Source of the DNA: Podarcis melisellensis | Taxonomy: Eukaryota | DNA length: 64,000 bases | Strand: one strand, 5' to 3' | NCBI GenBank assembly: GCA_964234715.1 | Contig: OZ174278.1 | Translations under genes and position numbers: made by a program | Shown here: piece after piece, positions 25,215 through 38,145 of the stretch | How the letters are laid out: each line of letters opens with the position of its first letter | Position numbering within the stretch: position 1 is the stretch's first letter | The notes under the pieces: generated by a model | Seen by the model: only the letters and a program-made list of their open reading frames with translations | Database searches by the model: none | What the model was told of the DNA's origin: nothing

Positions 25215-25480
25215 TTAAATTTATTAGTTGCTTTTTTTGTCATGACAAATCAAAACGACTTACAAAAAATGAAAGAACTTCATACATACATCAAAACCAG
25301 AGGAAATAATACATTAAAAACATACACACCTTCTCTAAAATGGCCTAGATAGTAAACAGCCAAAGGCCTGGTTAAAAAGGAATGTTTTTGCCTGGTGTCT
25401 GAAGATATATAACAGTGGCACCAGCAAAGCCACCTGGCTATAGCATTCCACAAACAGGGAAACACCATTGAAAATGCCCA
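25215..25480 (-). mobile_element. L2-type LINE 3' remnant
   Basis: Reverse complement resembles 8820-9080 (AAAGGCCTGGTTAAAAAGGAATGTTTTTGCCTGGTG...GCATTCCACAAAC). Confidence 0.5.
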
Positions 25481-27241
25481 TTCACATCCAACATTGATTA
25501 TTTTAATATATTTTTTTCCATTTTGGTCACTTTGGATTTTTTTCAGTTTTTCTTCCAGTTCTCAATGAACTGTCAGCAAGACACCCATTAAGCCAGCATA
25601 CTCCAGAAAATTTCACGAATGTCCAAAAAATCCCCAGCCCAACACTGATCACAATGGGTTCTAGAACCTTGTTGCTATTCTGTGTGCGCTCTTTCTCACA
25701 TACCTACTTTTACAGTATGCCTGGATAGATTCTCAGTTTGAATGGAGGTCTGCACATTGTTTTAGATTTCTTAATTCTACTGTAGAGATTTCAGCTACAG
25801 GTACGATTGCAAGTGGATGCTTTATACCTATTACGGTGCTTAGTGAACTATGTTCCACAAGTCATCATTTAAGTAATAGACGGCGAACAGGAGTGTTGTT
25901 ATGCAAATTAGTTACTGCTCAAATGGGGAGGGTGTTTAAGTATTCAAATGAGGTTGCACTCTTTCAGCTGTTTCAGTTTATATCTCCACTGAAGCAGACA
26001 ATGGGCTTTTAGCTGTAGCACAAAACTACAACTCTACATGGCCATGCAACCACATCCATTTAGTGCCATCTCAGTAGATCAGATGATGTCTGAACTGCAC
26101 TGATCTGTAGCTATCAGCTGGAAACAGCAATAGATGCTGATTTCATCAAGCAGAGAGGGTGACAGCAGAAGTAAGAATGCAAATGGCTGGAGATGTGAAA
26201 ATTCAGTTTAAAACCTTGCCCTTTTTTTGAACAGAATGCAGAAAGCTGTTTCACATATAGAGACAGTATGTACTTTACTCTGTAGTATGTACAAGAGAAT
26301 GTGGCTGTCTGTTGTTTGGTTTAAATGCTGCAGAGAAATGCAGCTACACTTGGCTATACAGAAATGTGTAGTATTAATCATATGCTGTTTCCAAGCATTT
26401 ACAAAGACCATATTCTCACCTGAAAGAAATTAATGGCATATGCTTATAGAACCACACTGACTTACTCTAGTAAAGAGTGGTGCTTCAGATTATTACTTCT
26501 TTAACAGAATGCCCACTTGTTTGCAAAGGGAACAGTTCTTCCAGAGTAGTCAATATAACAGGAGCCTGGCACCATTTAGACTCTCTATACAATACTGTTT
26601 CTATTGGAACCTATTGCCATGTTTTGTAGTTTTCAATTATACTTTTTTCTCATTTCACACCAAGGCAACTATATCCCCGCCCTTGTAGATGATTAGAATA
26701 AAGGTTCAAAGCAACGTCAGCTGTCTTTGTACAATTACGTTCATACAGCAGAAACTCGTTATGTCTGTCACTCTTGACAGTAGTTACATTTCCCCTACCA
26801 TGGATGACCATCACTTTGTAAATATTATTTTACCACCCAATCTTGGGAAGTGCTAAGTATACATAAATCTCCATTACAGCTTCTTCCTCCCTCCCCCACC
26901 TTTATGTAACATGATATCAGCATAGCACCGACCTCATTATTCATGTGACTAGCAGTTTCCTTCACGGAAAGATGATATGCCATTAAAAACTACTTTAGAA
27001 TGTTTGTTCTTTGGGGTGTTACCAAAATCTAAGGCTAAAATGAAAAGGTAGAAATGCTCTTGCAGCTTCCTATGTTACTGTAGACACAGTTGCCTTTTCC
27101 ATTCCATGTAAGGAGCTTGCATGAAGAGATTTTAACCATAACTGCAAAACCCCTGAGAAAATAGGCAGCTTTTTGGTCAGATTATCTCAAGCCAGGGTGC
27201 TGGGGAGCCCTCCTGTAAAGGCACTGATACCATTTTTGTTA

Positions 27242-27503
27242 TGTACTGAGCTGAATCCTAGAACAATAGGATCCAGAATGCAGCAGTCTAATTGGTACGC
27301 AGGAGCCACCCAATCCAGCTTCAGGTGGAAGTGAATCAGCAACCTGATTGGTCAACAGGAGCAGCCCGGAATTAGCCAATCACGTGGGGCTCATTGTGTA
27401 AATAATGTATATATAGCCAGACGTTTTGGGGAAAGTTTCATTCATTGGTACTATGAGCTGAATAAAGAGCATGAAATTCACACTCAACTTCGAGTATACT
27501 TCA
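27242..27503 (+). mobile_element. Solo LTR
   Basis: TG...CA termini, several CCAAT/ATTGG boxes, TATA-like GTATATATAG, AATAAA near the 3' end. Near-perfect 4-bp TSD GTTA/GTTT. Confidence 0.8.
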
Positions 27504-27576
27504 GTTTTTCTTCTCAACTGAAGCAGACCTAAACTGTCCTTTTTATGTGTTTGTTTGCTCTTGTTTTTTTGCATTA

Positions 27577-27679
27577 CAGTGGTACCTCGTGTTAAGAACT
27601 TAATTCGTTTTGGAGGTCTGTTCTTAACCTGAAATTGTTCTTAATCTGAAGTACCACTTTAGCTAATGGGGCCTCCCGC
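27577..27679. mobile_element. Truncated Tigger-like MITE, family A
   Basis: TA|CAGTGGTACCTC. Reverse complement of the 3' half of the copies at 46747 and 59985. Confidence 0.8.
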
Positions 27680-28530
27680 ATGGAAAACAAAATATTTATA
27701 AAATTATTTTTGTTTCTTGGTTTCCCATCATCTATGTATAAACGTTAAGTAATGAATTCCAAATTTCATATCTGGCCAGCCATTATCACTTCAAGTTGCA
27801 CATTCTGTTTGCTTCCAGAGCTATTGGCCTGTTAATGAGTGCTGTGCTTTCTCCATTGTATTTTTTTTTATAGCTCATGAAGATACCATGCTATGATCTT
27901 TCGTTAGTACGATTGACTTCAGATTTTCTCATTACTGCAGAACATTAACTTGCAAGGGGCATGATTTACTTCTGTAAGTGGATTTTATGTCATCTGTGTT
28001 GGAGAGTTTCTGTGACTTATTTAAATCTCCATTTCCCCAGCAATCTGTCTATGTGCTAAAACAAAGGAAAAACGGAATGCTGGACTTGACTAACATACTA
28101 AAGGCATTAGGGAAATGAAAACTGCCTAGTTAGACAAACACAACAGCAGAACCCAGCACCACATGGATCCAAAGCAACCACCTGGAAAAGAAAGACAGAA
28201 AGCTGAGGCCATTCAAACAGACTTTGAAAATATTTTGTCAGCAGGGCACTGTAGTAATTTGGCTACGGGAAGAAATTATTGCATGCAAATGCACTGATGG
28301 TGCAGAATGTAAAATATTTACTTTCTTTTTTCTTGTCTTTAATGGGCTAGTCCTAGTGTAAGCAGCTTTAGATTGTGACCTTTGAAATGTGTGACAGAAA
28401 AGCTTTTCTTCCATTGGCTATATTTTGAATAATTCATGCAGGAACAATCCTGCTCTGTAATGCGGGGGACGGGGACTAAACATACAGTATATTTTAACCA
28501 GAGATGCTAGATTTCTGCCAGTAGTTGCTC

Positions 28531-28784
28531 CTATATTTGGGGGGGGGGGATGAACGAATTCCTATGCCCCACGAATAACCCAGAGATGCATTTTAAAGAA
28601 AAGCACACATTCTACTCATGTAAAAATACCAGGCAGGCCCCACAAATAAGCCAGAGGTGCATTTTAAATAAAAGGACACATTCTACTCATGTAAAAACAC
28701 ACTGATTCCCAGGCCATCCACGGGCAGGATTTAGAAGGTGATTGGGCCGGATCCGGCCCCCGGGCCTTAGTTTGCCTACTGATG
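28531..28784 (+). mobile_element. 5'-truncated copy of the OC1-like hAT MITE
   Basis: Highly similar to 6232-6442, including the internal duplication and the GGCCTTAGTTTGCCTAC end. Confidence 0.85.
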
Positions 28785-29389
28785 GTCATGAGGATCAACA
28801 GGCTGAAAGTGAATCAGCTTCCAGATAAAGATGATGCAAGTGCCACTGCTAGGTACTTGGAGCACAGGCCCATGGCACAAATTTGCATGTGCTAATTTGT
28901 TATGTATAGATCCTCTGGGAAATTACAATGGCGGGTGGCTGGTGTACTCAGCAACCTGCAAGCAATTTTGTTTAAAAAAAAAAGTTATGAGGAGGGAAGT
29001 GCCAGAGATCCCAAGCCCACCACAGAAAACCCAGGGATCAGGTCCTTTACAACACTTTCTAAAAATGCTCCTGGATGCAACCCCTGCCTGCCCCCAGCCT
29101 TTCACATCTGTAAATAGCCTCCCTAATTTCATATAAAGGATCACTGCCTGAAGCTCTTCCTCTGTTACATTTTGCTGAAAGCTGCATTCCTCCTGCTATG
29201 ACCATATTTGTTTCTTTTGCAATGGCTCACACTCATTTAAGAAAGTGTTCTTGTTTTGATTTAAATGGTACATACTTGAAATACACAACTGCATACAGCA
29301 TTTTATGACCATGAAAACTATACTTCAGTGGAAGCCGAGCATGAAATGGCAGACTTTGTTTATTTGGATACACACTAGTTTATTTAGAA

Positions 29390-29530
29390 TATACACCCAA
29401 TGCCTATGCCAAAATCTGCTGAGGTCTGTAATCAATAAAGTTGCAGCCTGTTTCAATCCCTATTTGGTTGCCCTGTGTTTATTGCAACTTTATCATGCCT
29501 TGGGTTCCACCTGCAAGCACTCTGTGACTT
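29390..29530 (+). mobile_element. Possible LTR 3' remnant
   Basis: CAATAAAGTTGCAGCCTGTTT...TGTGTTTATT resembles squamate LTR U5 ends. Confidence 0.3.
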
Positions 29531-30688
29531 GTTTCCCATTCAATTAAGGGACGTGTTCAATGCAACTTAGCCTCATGTGTGTGGACAGAGGATTGCAGGC
29601 AGCATGCATCATTCACCCAAAGTCAACTGTAGTAATTACCTCAGCGTCATAAAGTAAGCTTTAGGTCTGAATAAAGAAACTAGATTCCTTCATTCTAAAA
29701 ATATTGTACAAATAGATCACTCTGCCATATTAGTATAAACTCTTCACATGCTAGTGCAAAATCACTATGTGCTGCTACACTTATCAGGGTGCTGACATAT
29801 CCCAGCCTGAATAACTGGCATTTGCTATGACTTGCATTTTTAACGTGCTTGCTGTAAGGATGGCGAGAGAAAGAAACTATTACAAGCTGATGTAGCCTTT
29901 TGAAGCCTTTCATTGGAAAGGATATTTTTGGTATCCCAAAGAAAAATATATGCAGAGATGCACTACCTACAGGCTTATTATAAAATCCTGACTATGCAGT
30001 TAAGATGCAGCTGCTAGCAATTCATCACGTAACTTCTCTCCATTCCTATTGGTGGATTATTTTAGTGCTGAGAATTATGCTAGCAGATGCAAAACTTCCT
30101 GTGCGTACATGCCAGAGTTTTTACTGATTAACCGCTTAAATCATATAGGTTTTTTACAGCTCTTCTTGCCTCTGTTTTCCTTTATCTTTTAAATTACATC
30201 ACAAGGACAGCTCTTTTCTTGCAGAGCACAAATGATTTAGGAACTGAAGACTGGATGGGGCTATTAAGCTGATCAAGTGGACACCTGCATATAAGAATAT
30301 GTTGAATTTAATATAAGGGTATGACTAAAATGCTTGGAGTTGTGGCTATGGAAGTTTGCTACCTGAAAACTTCTTTGTTCCAGTTTCACGTTTTCCCTTG
30401 CTCCTTTTGCAGGAAGTAGTAGTGGCCTAGAAATTTTTTACTGCTTCATGTAGTCAGCTGACCACCAATTAGCTGTGGTAAAGAAAAAAAGGGGGGGAAT
30501 TGTCTACTTCATGTGTCTACATGGAATTATCGGGTATTGCAGTGTATAGTGGTAGTACATTTTCATCCTCTAGTATGCAGCTGTTATGTTGTTATGTGAG
30601 ACAGTAATGTCACTTAGCACATTTACCCCCGACCATGGAAAATATCTTAAATGAATAATGTGCCAGTCCACCCCAGTCCTAGTCTGTC

Positions 30689-31222
30689 CAGAGGCGTAAG
30701 AAGAGGGGTGTGATGGGGCGAACCGCCCCGTGTGTCATTGCTGAGGGGGGTGACATTCGGTGTGCCACCCGCCCGCAACTCCCAAGCCTACCCCAAGCTT
30801 TGCCAGCGGCCTTCCCCCCTTCACCCTTCATTTTGACAGCTCGGGGGAGGCTTGGGAATTACAGGCGGGGGGGGTGCGCCATTCCCCCGCACTCCCAGGC
30901 TGCTGGAGGAGGCAGGCAGGCAGGCAGGGAGAGGATTGGAAGAAGGCAGGCAAGCAAACAAGCGGAGGTGGGAGGGAAGGAGAGAAGCAAAAGCTTCCTC
31001 AACTCAGGACCCAAACCCTGGAACGCACAGGAGCAGAGGTGGGTGTGAGAACAAAGTTGGGGGGGGGATTTAACTGCTTATGCTCACAATGTTAAGTAAA
31101 TAAACCAGCAAATAACACTTGCAACTGTAAGCATCCTATTTTTCCTTCTTTTAATAATTTCAATGAAGGGGGTGACAAAAAAAATTCTGCACCAGGTACC
31201 ACCTGACCTTGCTACACCTCTT
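30689..31222. mobile_element. GC-rich hAT non-autonomous element
   Basis: Ends CAGAGGCGTA ... TACACCTCTT. Perfect 8-bp TSD AGTCTGTC (30681-30688, 31223-31230). Confidence 0.85.
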
Positions 31223-31519
31223 AGTCTGTCATGAACGGCATCTCATTTCGTTTGGCCCCAATGTCAGGGAGGATACCATATGCTGTTTGAACCTCGTGGT
31301 AGGGAGAAGAGAGGTGGGAGAGGCCAGGAAATCCACCTGCATATCCTTCTCTGGCAGCCCAAGTTACCTTGAGGCCTGTGCATTTTTTCATGACTGGAAA
31401 GAGATGCAGCCTATTGTCACCCTTCATGTCAAATTTTTGCTCTGCTGCTACTGTGGAAAAGGAATGATTTAGTTTGGCTTGATATCAGCTTAATTTGGTT
31501 TAAGCTCAGGCCAAATCTG

Positions 31520-31830
31520 ATGCACAGTCCTACTTTCATGCCAAATTTGGTTAAAATCACTGCAGCTTTGAAAGGTTCAGCACTCCATTTTGATTCAAAA
31601 TGCCATCCAATAATATTCAAATATATATCAAAACTTACTCCTCCATCCTAGGAGCCATTGTGCCAAATTGGGTCACGTTATCTTTGGAGGTGTCCACTTT
31701 TTGCAATTTAGAATAGGCTAATCAATCTTGATTCAAAATTGAGTCTAATAGTATCAACACACAGGGCAAAACTGCTCCTTAAACTTCAGGAACCTTTACA
31801 TCAAATTGGAAGAAAAGTAGGGCATGTTCA
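31520..31830. repeat. Degenerate ~125-140-bp tandem repeat, possibly Helitron/Helentron-related
   Basis: TGCCAAATTTGG at 31539, TGCCAAATTGGG at 31661, CATCAAATTGGA at 31799. TTGATTCAAAAT at 31590 and 31728. Confidence 0.4.
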
Positions 31831-34800
31831 TGCTCACTGCCTTGAACTCCATAGAGAAAGGTATTTCAATGTAATAAATATTAAACTGTATGGTGGTTTT
31901 CACACCACATTTATAAAATCACCTAAACTTTTTAGGTTATTAAAAATCTGTTTACATTGAATCTTTTGCAACTATATTTATCTTATACTAACCTGATTAC
32001 TGGCATTTTTGAAAACTGAGATGCAACATTAGGCATGTATAGACAAACACAAATATCTAATTATGCTCGAACCTTTACTCAAGTTTGTTTTTTCTTTCTT
32101 TTTCTCAAATTTTAGATCAGCTGTATTAAAACCTGCAAAAGCACATCACGCTTTGGAATGATTCTCTCTTCATGTGTTGAACAGATAGAAGGACTCTGCT
32201 GCTCAACCAGTTGAAAGTAATTTGGAAAAATCTAATTCTTTTGCTTATGATAGGGCTGTGCCTGTGACAGCAGTGGCAGCTTTTGTAAACAATGGACGGT
32301 TTTCACATTTGATATAATTATGGGGCAATGAATTGCTCATGGATGCTAAACTTGGACTCATTTTTGTTCAGAGTAATAAGTTCAGCTTCTGTTTGTAGAT
32401 CCTGCTAATTTAGGATCACCACATGGCAAAGATGAAATGTGCCTGCAAATTTAATGGGAAGTACAATTACATGGATGAGCTTCCTCTCTCTCTCTTCCTT
32501 TTTGATGCAGCAGACAGATGCAAGCTCTGAATTCAGAAAGCAGCTTTGATAAAGCCCTTTCGCTTGGACCTAACGAGAGTCATTTGATGATGGAGCAAGA
32601 GGATAATATATTTTATTGTTTGTGGTCATTCAGTTCTTCACCTCATCTCTTTCAAAAATAGAATAATTATCTCTGGATGAAACACTTTTCCAACGGACTT
32701 CAATTTTCCCTAGAAAACCTACTACAAACTTAATTTCAGTGATTAATCTTTGATGGACTTCCTTTTGTTGTTCTCTGTACCAGACTAATGATTATTAATA
32801 CCACCTGGGCAAAGGAAATTATCTAACATTAGAGTATCAAGATGACCATTCATTTGATGCTTCTTAGTGGGCCAACACAGCTGTCCAGACAGAAAAAAGA
32901 GGAATAATTATGCTTTTATCACCAATAACTTATTTTTAAAAATGCACAGAAGTACCTCATCTTTATTGTCCATTCCTATCCCACACATATACACTGCAGC
33001 ATAAACAGATGGGAAACCCAGTTGATAAGAGTTACTAACTTTTGTTTCTTTATGTTTCAATTGTTTCAGCCATGACATTCTTCTTGATTCTCTATGCATT
33101 TTAAATCAGTGCATAGAAGCAATGGCATGTCTTAATCACTAGAGTACATTGAGCAAGATTTTTTCCCAATATGGGAATGACTTGTATTAGATTGCTATCT
33201 ATGGCTGTGGTGCAAGCAAATCTAAGTGAATGAGCAATGAAATAACTGATTTGCAGAGTATGAGGATTTATTCACATGATCCTTGCAGCCTATGGTAACT
33301 TCACTTTTTCTGTCACCCTGTATTCACCCAACTTGTGTTCAGCATGTGGTGCTAGCCTCCTACAACTAGCTCAGAATGTGGCAAAATGACAAGAAAGCAT
33401 TGGATGGTCAAAACCAAGACACCTTTAGCTTCCACAGTAGCTAAGGTATTTAATATCCCAGGTATTTAAATATCCCAAGTAAATAAATCAAGTGTGTGAG
33501 CAAAATGGGCTACTCCCCTGAAGCACACAGACCCACATAATATGCAGGAACAGCATATATGTGTGTGTGTGTGCGCGCGAGCGCACATACTACAGCCCTT
33601 GCTGGAATGCAGGCTTGGGGTATATTTCTAATAAATGCCATAGATGTTGTTCTTTATCTATCATGCAGAACAATGGAATACATTTGGCTTTGCACATTTC
33701 ATAATCAATGCTCACTGATTTTTCTTAGGAAGCCCATTTTTGCTCTTGCAAAACAATACAGCGGGTATGACAAATTCCAAGTTATGACTGTTTCCAAAAG
33801 AGCCACAACTTCCAAATTATTATTCTCTTTGCAAGCAAGTCTTGTTAATCGTATGCATTTCTTGCTTATTTGTTTACTTCCCCCAGTCTCCACTGCAAGC
33901 AGCTGGAAGCTAAACCCTAAATATTTTTCAGCATTAATAATTTGAACTACAGACTTCATTGAGACAACAAAGACTAACACAGGGTACTCTACTTGTCACC
34001 ACAACTACTGTCTATGGAGAATATGAAGTTCAGCTTAGCCCAGTGATATCCATCTATGATTACAGCCATGTGATACTGTTCCTCAGATCTCTATACTTCC
34101 CACCCCCTCATATATCGACCAAACTCATTTTCCTTACCTTAAAGTTTTCTACACATTTTCCCTGAACTATCTCTATGCCTTTACTTCCAAGTGACTTTCT
34201 CCTTTACAGTCCTATTCATTGCACCTGCACACATTACCTTGTATGCTCTTAAAAGCCTTGCTCTTACCTTGGTGCCCCTTAGGCCTAAATCATAAGAAAA
34301 ATAAAATATTAGAATACAAAAAGTGGCCAACAAACTTGTCTCATGCCTCCTTAAACCAAGGCAGAAACCACTAGCTCTCTGGAGTCTACCCAAGAAGTTC
34401 CCAAAAGGGAAAAGAAGCCTCTGATGAAACTTAAATTTTCACCTACTCCCAATGAGGCACATAGCTCCCCGTAACAAGCCTTCAGCAGCAACAGTCAACA
34501 TCTTGGATGTCTAAAAAAGCCTTATAAAGGAAGAATTCCTGCCTCTCACCTGAAAATCTAATGAGATCTTGAGCACACCCAAGTCCCACAAAATCATTTC
34601 ATGAGTCACTGTGTGTTTAATCAAAGAAGAAACTGTCAACATAAAACAAACAACTGATTCATATAGAGGAGTTAGAGGGCCTACTGTTCTGTCCTTGCCT
34701 CTGTCCATCTATCTTCTTCTACTTCCTGCACCACTTTCAAAATCCTCTGCTTGCTATACTTTACTTGAGCACCACACATATTGTTCCAAAAGCTACAGGC

Positions 34801-35410
34801 TCCAAAGTATCCCTTGAGGCCTGCGATTCTTCCTGAAACCTTGGGAGTACCTTCTTTCCCCACCTTGCTATGGCAAATGTCTCTTTCTACTGGAGAGCTG
34901 TCATACTTTTTTCATTACAACTGATATCCAGAGTCTGTGGCAGAAACATGCAAAATTGCAAAGCAGACACATTCAATGCCTGTACTTTTATCAGTTTTAG
35001 GTCATTATTTTTTAGAAATGAATATACCTCCTGCAAATGAGAATTGCTTTTCACATGCCCACAAACTTGAAATTGTTATAAAGATGTTAAGGCCTTATCA
35101 TATTTTCATTTTCATTTTTATGGTTACAGTGTAATGATGCATATAATGTGATAATGTACAATGCAGATGGAGTCATCTTTTAAAAGATGGTATAATATTA
35201 CGACAACACAGTGTGTTGCTCTCTGACAACCAAGGTGGGAAAATCACCATGTTAAAGGTGATTTATTAGGTTTCTTTTGCAAATACAATCTGCCTAAAAT
35301 ATTTAATCTGGAGCGAGTGACAGAAAAAGAAAGAACAAAGACAATACTTTGGAGTTTAAAGTGACTATAGGAGGGGGAGAAAGTTGATTATTACACCAAG
35401 TAAATTTCTT

Positions 35411-35502
35411 ACATTGCAATCCTATACCTGCTGAATACAAAGCAAACTCCATTGACTTTAATAGGATTTAATCCCTGGTAAATATGGTATAGTATTGCAA
35501 TC
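35411..35502. repeat. Short ancient palindromic element (TGCAATCCTATAC...TATAG..TTGCA family)
   Basis: ATTGCAATCCTATACC at the left and GGTATAGTATTGCAAT at the right. Related fragments at about 9210-9290, 46487-46525 and 58987-59060. Confidence 0.5.
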
Positions 35503-36646
35503 ATAAACTTCTTTGCTTTTCGGGGGTACTGAGTGAATGTTTACTCAAAGACATTCCTGAGTATCTTTTACAATTCTAGGCTTAGTTTCTATTTTAATAT
35601 TGTGGAAGAGGGGAATATAATAGGGATTATTTTGCTTCCTCCTAACAAATCACTCTCCCATGAGTAGCTTGCATTAGGTATTGCAAGCTGGGAGCATAGC
35701 AGACTGTACCCTTGCATGTAGTTATTCTTGATTTTGCACACTTTTAGTATGAGAAGCAAAGTTGATAAGCCAGGACCTTTATCAAGCAGAGTATTATAAT
35801 GTCTATCCACTTCTTCAATAATATTTTTGAGTCTGGATAATAGTGGGTTTGGAATAGTGGCTTTAATTGCTGTTTTTTGGCCATTCGCTGCTTTTAGTGC
35901 GAGAACCAAATCGCACAATATCTGACATCTGATTCTTCCTGGGTTGTTTTGAACTACAGAGGGGGCTGACTTAAAATATATTTTACACATATACCTCGTT
36001 GTATGCTTGTGTCAGCATTTCAAATATGCTTAGGGAGGGTTCACCTCAGAGCTATAATAATGTGTTCCTGAGCATCTGCCATCTAGAAAAGAAATGTTAG
36101 CTACAGGCAGGCAACTGATTTTTACAAGAATTCAAGGCTGCAAGGAGAGCCTTTGTTGCCCATTATATACATATATGTTGTTTGTTTTTCATTCTCTCTC
36201 TATCACCTCTGGCCAAAAATATTTGTGTATTGCTTTTTTTAAAGTTCATCATGTTTGACACACAGCATTTAGATCAAGTGCTTCAGTGTTTTAGGTTAAA
36301 AAGTGAAAAATGCAGAAGTTTCAGCTTTCAGTGCAGTTTAAAACTGGTTAAAAATCTGCCCAGTTTTCTAAACGAGACCTAGCTACAACTCAAAACTACA
36401 AAATAACTTGTACTTTTAAAAACCTCAGTATAAGCACAATATAGGCTCAGTTGAGGTTACTAAGTGCAACATATAAGCTAAAATCAAAATATTGTATAAC
36501 CTCCAAGTGTCCTGGTTAAAGCGGGACATCCTGGATTGAGAGCAGCCTTCTCAGCTTCTGATCTCAATCACCAATGTCCTGTTTTGGCTCCCATGCTCTG
36601 GCCATGCCAGAGGGTAGAACCAAAAGATGGTTGTTTTTTGCTTCTG

Positions 36647-37260
36647 CGTTGTGGCACAAGTCAATTGGCTTCACATTAGAACGTGGGACCAAAAAACAAA
36701 AGCAAAACATATCTTGTCCCCTCTCACATTGCTACTCTTCCTCCTCCTTCCGTCACAGCAATTCCAGAAGCCAGCTTCCAGAAATATATCTGCTGTGCTG
36801 GTGGAGGAGCAGGAGGTGGAGGTGGCAACTGAAGGTAGGGGGTGAGCAGGTAAAAGAAGCACAGATATGGGGCAGGTGGAAAGCACCAAGATCAGGTGGG
36901 TGAGTGAGTGAAGCAGTGCAGAGATGGAGCTGGCGGGTAGCAACAAGATTGGCTGGGTGGGTGGATGAAGGAAGGAACACAGAGATGGGTCATGTGGGTA
37001 GCGCCGAGATCGGGTGGGTGGGTGAGAGCGCCAAAGCTGATTTCTGCTGTGATCCAAGGCTGCGGCTATAGCAGAAGTAAGACCATCTTGGGGTGTTAAT
37101 CGTGTGAACCCCACCATCACAGGTTCAGGTTGTATATATGTGCAAATAAATTGTGTATCATAAAGACACCACAGTCTCTGCTGCATCCCATTCCAAAGGA
37201 AACATGAACCTAGAACCCCTGGAATCTCATACTTTTCCCAGATTGGGGTAGCATGCAACA
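36647..37260 (+). mobile_element. LTR-like element (left boundary uncertain)
   Basis: 3' part GTATATATGTGCAAATAAA...AAAGACACCACAGTCTC...GATTGGGGTAGCATGCAACA has AATAAA and a CA end. Confidence 0.45.
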
Positions 37261-37288
37261 ACAATACATTGGAAAATACAGTCATGGA

Positions 37289-38145
37289 TAGGCCTCAGCA
37301 ATATATCGATATATCGCCCAGGATCAGTATAAGGAGCAGACCACGATGTCGGTTTCACTCAGGGGTATACCACTGGTGAAACTGCCACCACTCCTGAGTC
37401 TCTCTGCTAGAAGCTCCCACTGGAGGAAGGAACTCTTGACTGCTGCTAACAGAAGGACTCGGGAGAGGCAGCAGTTTCATCAGTGATATATCACTGAGTG
37501 AAACCACCATCCTACTCTGCCCTCAAATGATGGAGAGGGAGAAACAAGCTGTATCAGCAAGACACCCATACAGCTTGTTCCTCCCTCTGCATCTTTAAAC
37601 TGCTCAGCTGAGGAGTGTGCCGCTGCCCTTGCCTTAAGTTGAGCAGTTAAAGAGCCCCCAGCCCAGCGCTGGATCCTGTAAGCCGGTGGCGGGTGGGGGC
37701 TCTCTGAAACTGCTCAGCTGAGGGGAGTGCAGTTGTCACTCCCAGCAGTGAGCAATTAAAGGAACCCCGATGCTCCACCCACTCACGCGAGACAACCAGG
37801 ACTATCTCAGCTGGGGGGAGACATTCCCTCCACCCAGCTGAGCTGTGCAAAGCAGCCCTATTGCTCTTGCTGCTCCTGCACGAGTGGCGAGAGCACCGGG
37901 GCTGTCTCAGCTGGGAGAGGGGAAACCTTCTGTCCCCCCAGCTGAGCAGCACAAGCAAGCTGCATTGTCCCAGCCTGCGAGCCTGGGTGAAACCACCTCA
38001 GCTCTCAAGGCAAAAGCTGGAGCAATTTCACCTGGTGTCTCACAGGCTGAGGCCAATGCATCCTATTTTTTCAATATATCGCCAAACCGCAATGTTTGGC
38101 TGGCAATACACTGCAATGTTGAAAAGCTGATATCGCCCAGCCCTA
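37289..38145. mobile_element. hAT (Tip100-like) non-autonomous element
   Basis: Ends TAGGCCTCAGCAATATATCG ... GATATCGCCCAGCCCTA. 8-bp TSD GTCATGGA / GTTATGGA. Internal hairpins. Confidence 0.8.

Noticed and set aside
35589-35990. 133-aa minus-strand ORF
   Set aside because: No recognisable domain; length compatible with chance.
36671-37285. 204-aa minus-strand ORF
   Set aside because: Lies within a low-complexity LTR-like element; no protein features.
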